This document shows positions 9,645 to 12,115 of a DNA stretch of 12,115 bases, piece after piece. The notes beneath the pieces were generated by a model that searched no databases, was not told where the DNA came from, and worked only from the letters and a program-made list of their open reading frames with translations. Made by a program: the position numbers and the translations under genes. Source of the DNA: Salpingoeca rosetta (Eukaryota > Protista > Choanoflagellata); contig JAWQFM010000018.1 in assembly GCA_033442325.1 (NCBI GenBank), positions 1,365,164 to 1,377,278 on the forward strand. The letters are read 5' to 3'. Each line of letters starts with the position of its first letter. Within the stretch, counting starts at the first letter, position 1.

Positions 9645-10036
9645 CACACACACACAGATACCAGTACACACAGCAGGTGTGCGTAATCTTGTGAGTGGTA
9701 TGTTCGCAACAAGCAAACAAACAAACAAACAAACAAACAAACAAACAAACAAACAAACAAACAAACAAACAAACAAACAAACAAACAAACAAACAAACAA
9801 ACAAACAAACAGCATCACGTTACCTCGATGAGCGGCATTAGGCCCAACTGCGTGAATTCCTCTTGCAGCGCAACCTAAACAGCAGAAACATACATATGCA
9901 TGATGGGCGCATGAACACGGGGAGTGGCCATGAGGGCTGAGTGTGTACTTGCTTGTGCTTGCTTACGAATCAAGGCTTCTATGCGTGGTAGTGGTCATGC
10001 TCTCGTATCCACAACTCTTCAGACATGCTTCACGTA

Positions 10037-10074
<38 letters not shown>

Positions 10075-10157
10075 TGCACACCTGGTAGTTCATGTCTGGG
10101 ACGCAGTGCACGACGACGTTGATGAACGCCATGCAGGCAACCTGAAGCGCACCACGC

Positions 10158-10237
<80 letters not shown>

Positions 10238-10965
10238 GGTGGTGGTGGTGAGGACCGTGTTGTATGGGAGTGGGTAAGAACAAGGGTGACCGCGTGTGTG
10301 ATGCGGTAAACAGCAGAGGGGGCAGCAACGTGTTGGCAGCGCGGCTGCACATGACCCCATGACTGCTCGTGCATGCACAAATCATGATGCAAAGCACATT
10401 GCAAGCAGATGTGCGCGTGTGCGTGTGTGCATGTGTTCAATGTGCGCGTGTGTGTATGCGTGTGTGTGTGTGTGTTCTCACCGCAACAGCGACGTTGTCG
10501 CGTTCGCTCTTGAGCAGATGCATCAGCGTGACGAATCGCTGCCGCTCATTGTGGACCTGAAACGAAGCAGACGCGCAGGGCGGGAGGGAGGGGAGGAAAC
10601 AAAGACGTTGGGGATGGAAGGTGTGTGGCGTACGGGCATGGGCAGCCGTATACATACACACACATGCGCGCGCAGAGGCAGGACCAAGTGCAGGAGAGAG
10701 GTGGGGGGGGGATGAAACCTGCTGGAAGTGGTCGAATGCCTGGAGAATGCGGCCGTGGCCTTTGGGGACGAGACAGACGGCAGCGAGCAGCTCAAGCACT
10801 GCAGACGTTGCAGGGGAAAGGAGGTGTTGTGATAATGCATGGGTGTGTGTGTGTGTGTGTTGTGATGATGCAGTGGGAGGGGGTGTTGTGATGATAGGGG
10901 AGGTTGCTGATGTTAAGGGGATGGGGATGAAGATGATGGCAACAACATATCTGGTCATGCAAAGA

Positions 10966-11037
<72 letters not shown>

Positions 11038-11786
11038 TTCACGTGCGCGCAAAGAGGCGGCAACGTACCGAGGATGTGCGTTCTGTACTTTCGAACCATC
11101 TCGTCGGAATCAAACTTGGACTGGGACGCGAAACGCGATGGAGCGATGGGCGAGCAGTGGTGGGGTGATGGTACATTGCATGATGAGAAGGAGGGCACAC
11201 AAAGAGGGAGACAAAAAGTGTATGTGTGTGCGTGTGTGTGATTGACAGACGGGCAGAAACGTGGAGGACAGGAGCAGAGGCGATCCAAACGGGCAAACAC
11301 ACACAGACACACACACACACGTAGACACACACACACACATGCACACACATGCACGCACACACACACAGACACACACAGACACACACGGACACACAGACAC
11401 ACACACACACACACACAGACCTTGAAGGGGTCGACGGTGCCGAGGCAGAGGCAGATTTGGTTGATGGTGTCGGGATGGGCCATCACAGCTGTGAATCCGT
11501 ACTGGTGATCGCAGCCACGGTGGTGATGATGGTGATGATGGTGATGATGGTGATGATGGTGATGATGGTGATGATGGTGGTGGTGGCGGTGTGCATGGGG
11601 TGCATGGGGGTAGGAGTTGGAGGAAGGTGGGATTACAAACAGCCAAATAATGAGTCAGCAAAGCCAGTGCAATCACACGACATCGCAATTGCTGCTGGGG
11701 TGTGTAGGATGTGCCAATTTCTCATTACCGCGTTGTTCATGAGAGCGCGGAGGCAGAGAACACACAGGTAATTGTCCTCGTTGGCC
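8925..11786 (-). CDS. FMNL: FMNL/FRL-like Diaphanous-related formin, partial: GBD/FH3 (DID) region plus start of the coiled coil, 10 exons. 5' end is outside the window; 3' end runs into the assembly gap.
   Basis: Ten minus-strand exons, all GT-AG bounded and phase-compatible: 11786-11729, 11501-11421, 11120-11069, 10798-10719, 10556-10482, 10141-10082, 9874-9824, 9575-9495, 9230-9177, 8988-8925 (656 nt). Spliced product: [19 protein letters not shown]|[27 protein letters not shown]|[18 protein letters not shown]|[26 protein letters not shown]|[25 protein letters not shown]|[20 protein letters not shown]|[17 protein letters not shown]|[27 protein letters not shown]|[18 protein letters not shown]|[21 protein letters not shown]. 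It is colinear with FMNL-family motifs recalled from memory (CLRAIMN-YGF-VM-HP; [21 protein letters not shown]; E-QRF-LM; FINIVVH-V-DMN; LQ-EFT-LGL; QIQAY-DN). Confidence 0.93.
9591..9642 (+). repeat. (CAGA)13 intronic microsatellite
   Basis: Perfect tetramer run in a formin intron; reads (TCTG)n on the sense strand, near the acceptor. Confidence 0.95.
9715..9810 (+). repeat. (AAAC)24 intronic microsatellite
   Basis: Perfect tetramer run; reads (GTTT)n on the formin sense strand. Confidence 0.95.
10158..10250 (+). repeat. Compound (ATG)22(GTG)9 intronic microsatellite
   Basis: Reads (CAC)9(CAT)22 on the formin sense strand, just upstream of the acceptor of exon 10141. Confidence 0.95.
10965..11033 (+). 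repeat. (CA)n intronic microsatellite
   Basis: Reads (GT)n on the formin sense strand. Confidence 0.95.
11296..11420 (+). repeat. Degenerate (CA)n/(CAGACA)n intronic microsatellite
   Basis: Begins at the formin donor (11420). Confidence 0.9.
11522..11575 (+). repeat. (GGTGATGAT)6 intronic 9-mer repeat
   Basis: Six perfect 9-bp units upstream of the acceptor of formin exon 11501. Confidence 0.92.
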
Positions 11787-11969
11787 CTGTCAATTGCACA
11801 CACACACACATCATGAAGGGAATGGGGATAGGGGATGCATTGCGCACATGATGAGCACGTTGGTCCAACGTCAACGGTGCAAACGGTTCACGTACACAAA
11901 TGTACATATATGGTGCATGGACGCGAGCCTATGCATGTACCCGAGCATAGCCGCAGGCAGACAAACAGG

Positions 11970-12017
11970 CAGACAGACAGACAGACAGAGACGGAGAGAG
12001 ACACACACACACGCACG

Positions 12018-12048
<31 letters not shown>

Positions 12049-12079
12049 ACCCACACACACACCCACACACACACCCACA

Positions 12080-12114
<35 letters not shown>

Positions 12115-12115
12115 G
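11970..12115 (+). repeat. (CAGA)n/(CA)n/(CACC)n compound microsatellite
   Basis: Direct observation; probably within a formin intron. Confidence 0.9.

Noticed and set aside
9591-9810. Regular repeats as a CRISPR array or telomeric repeats
   Set aside because: They are simple tetramer runs with no spacers, not TTAGGG-like, and intronic.
9899-9940. C/D box snoRNA (ATGATG...CTGA) in a formin intron
   Set aside because: It is only about 40 nt, antisense to the host gene, and has an imperfect C box and no terminal stem.
10158-10250. Poly-Pro/poly-Ser reading ([13 protein letters not shown]) as the formin FH1 domain
   Set aside because: It lies inside an intron of the FH3 region. The flanking exons join in frame without it, and FH1 should come after the coiled coil.
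11520-11590. [13 protein letters not shown] reading as FH1 or as a coding repeat
   Set aside because: It is an intronic 9-mer repeat upstream of the acceptor at 11502, at the wrong position for FH1.
1-12115. The many long ORFs rich in CVCV, HTHT, poly-H, poly-D or TNKQ
   Set aside because: They are stop-free translations of microsatellites, many lying inside introns defined by homology and splice sites.

Overview
Eukaryotic, intron-dense, microsatellite-rich DNA. Very short exons with (GT/CA)n-filled GT-AG introns and animal-like genes suggest a choanoflagellate such as Salpingoeca rosetta; this is an inference. Nearly all listed ORFs are microsatellite artefacts, and the real content appears only after splicing. 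(1) 154-~1204, + strand: the 3' part of an exostosin/EXT1-like GT47 glycosyltransferase with three apparent disabling lesions, probably a pseudogene. (2) 2031-2149, - strand: a solitary, structurally intact 5S rRNA gene with a T10 Pol III terminator. (3) ~2.2-8.8 kb: no recognisable intact gene, but a candidate 6-exon orphan ORF (4695-6259) and a possible decayed myosin-motor fragment (~7257-7425). (4) A 100-N gap at 8777-8876. (5) 8925-11786, - strand: ten exons of an FMNL/FRL-class Diaphanous-related formin (GBD/FH3 region plus coiled coil). Its FH1/FH2 half is not visible beyond the gap.
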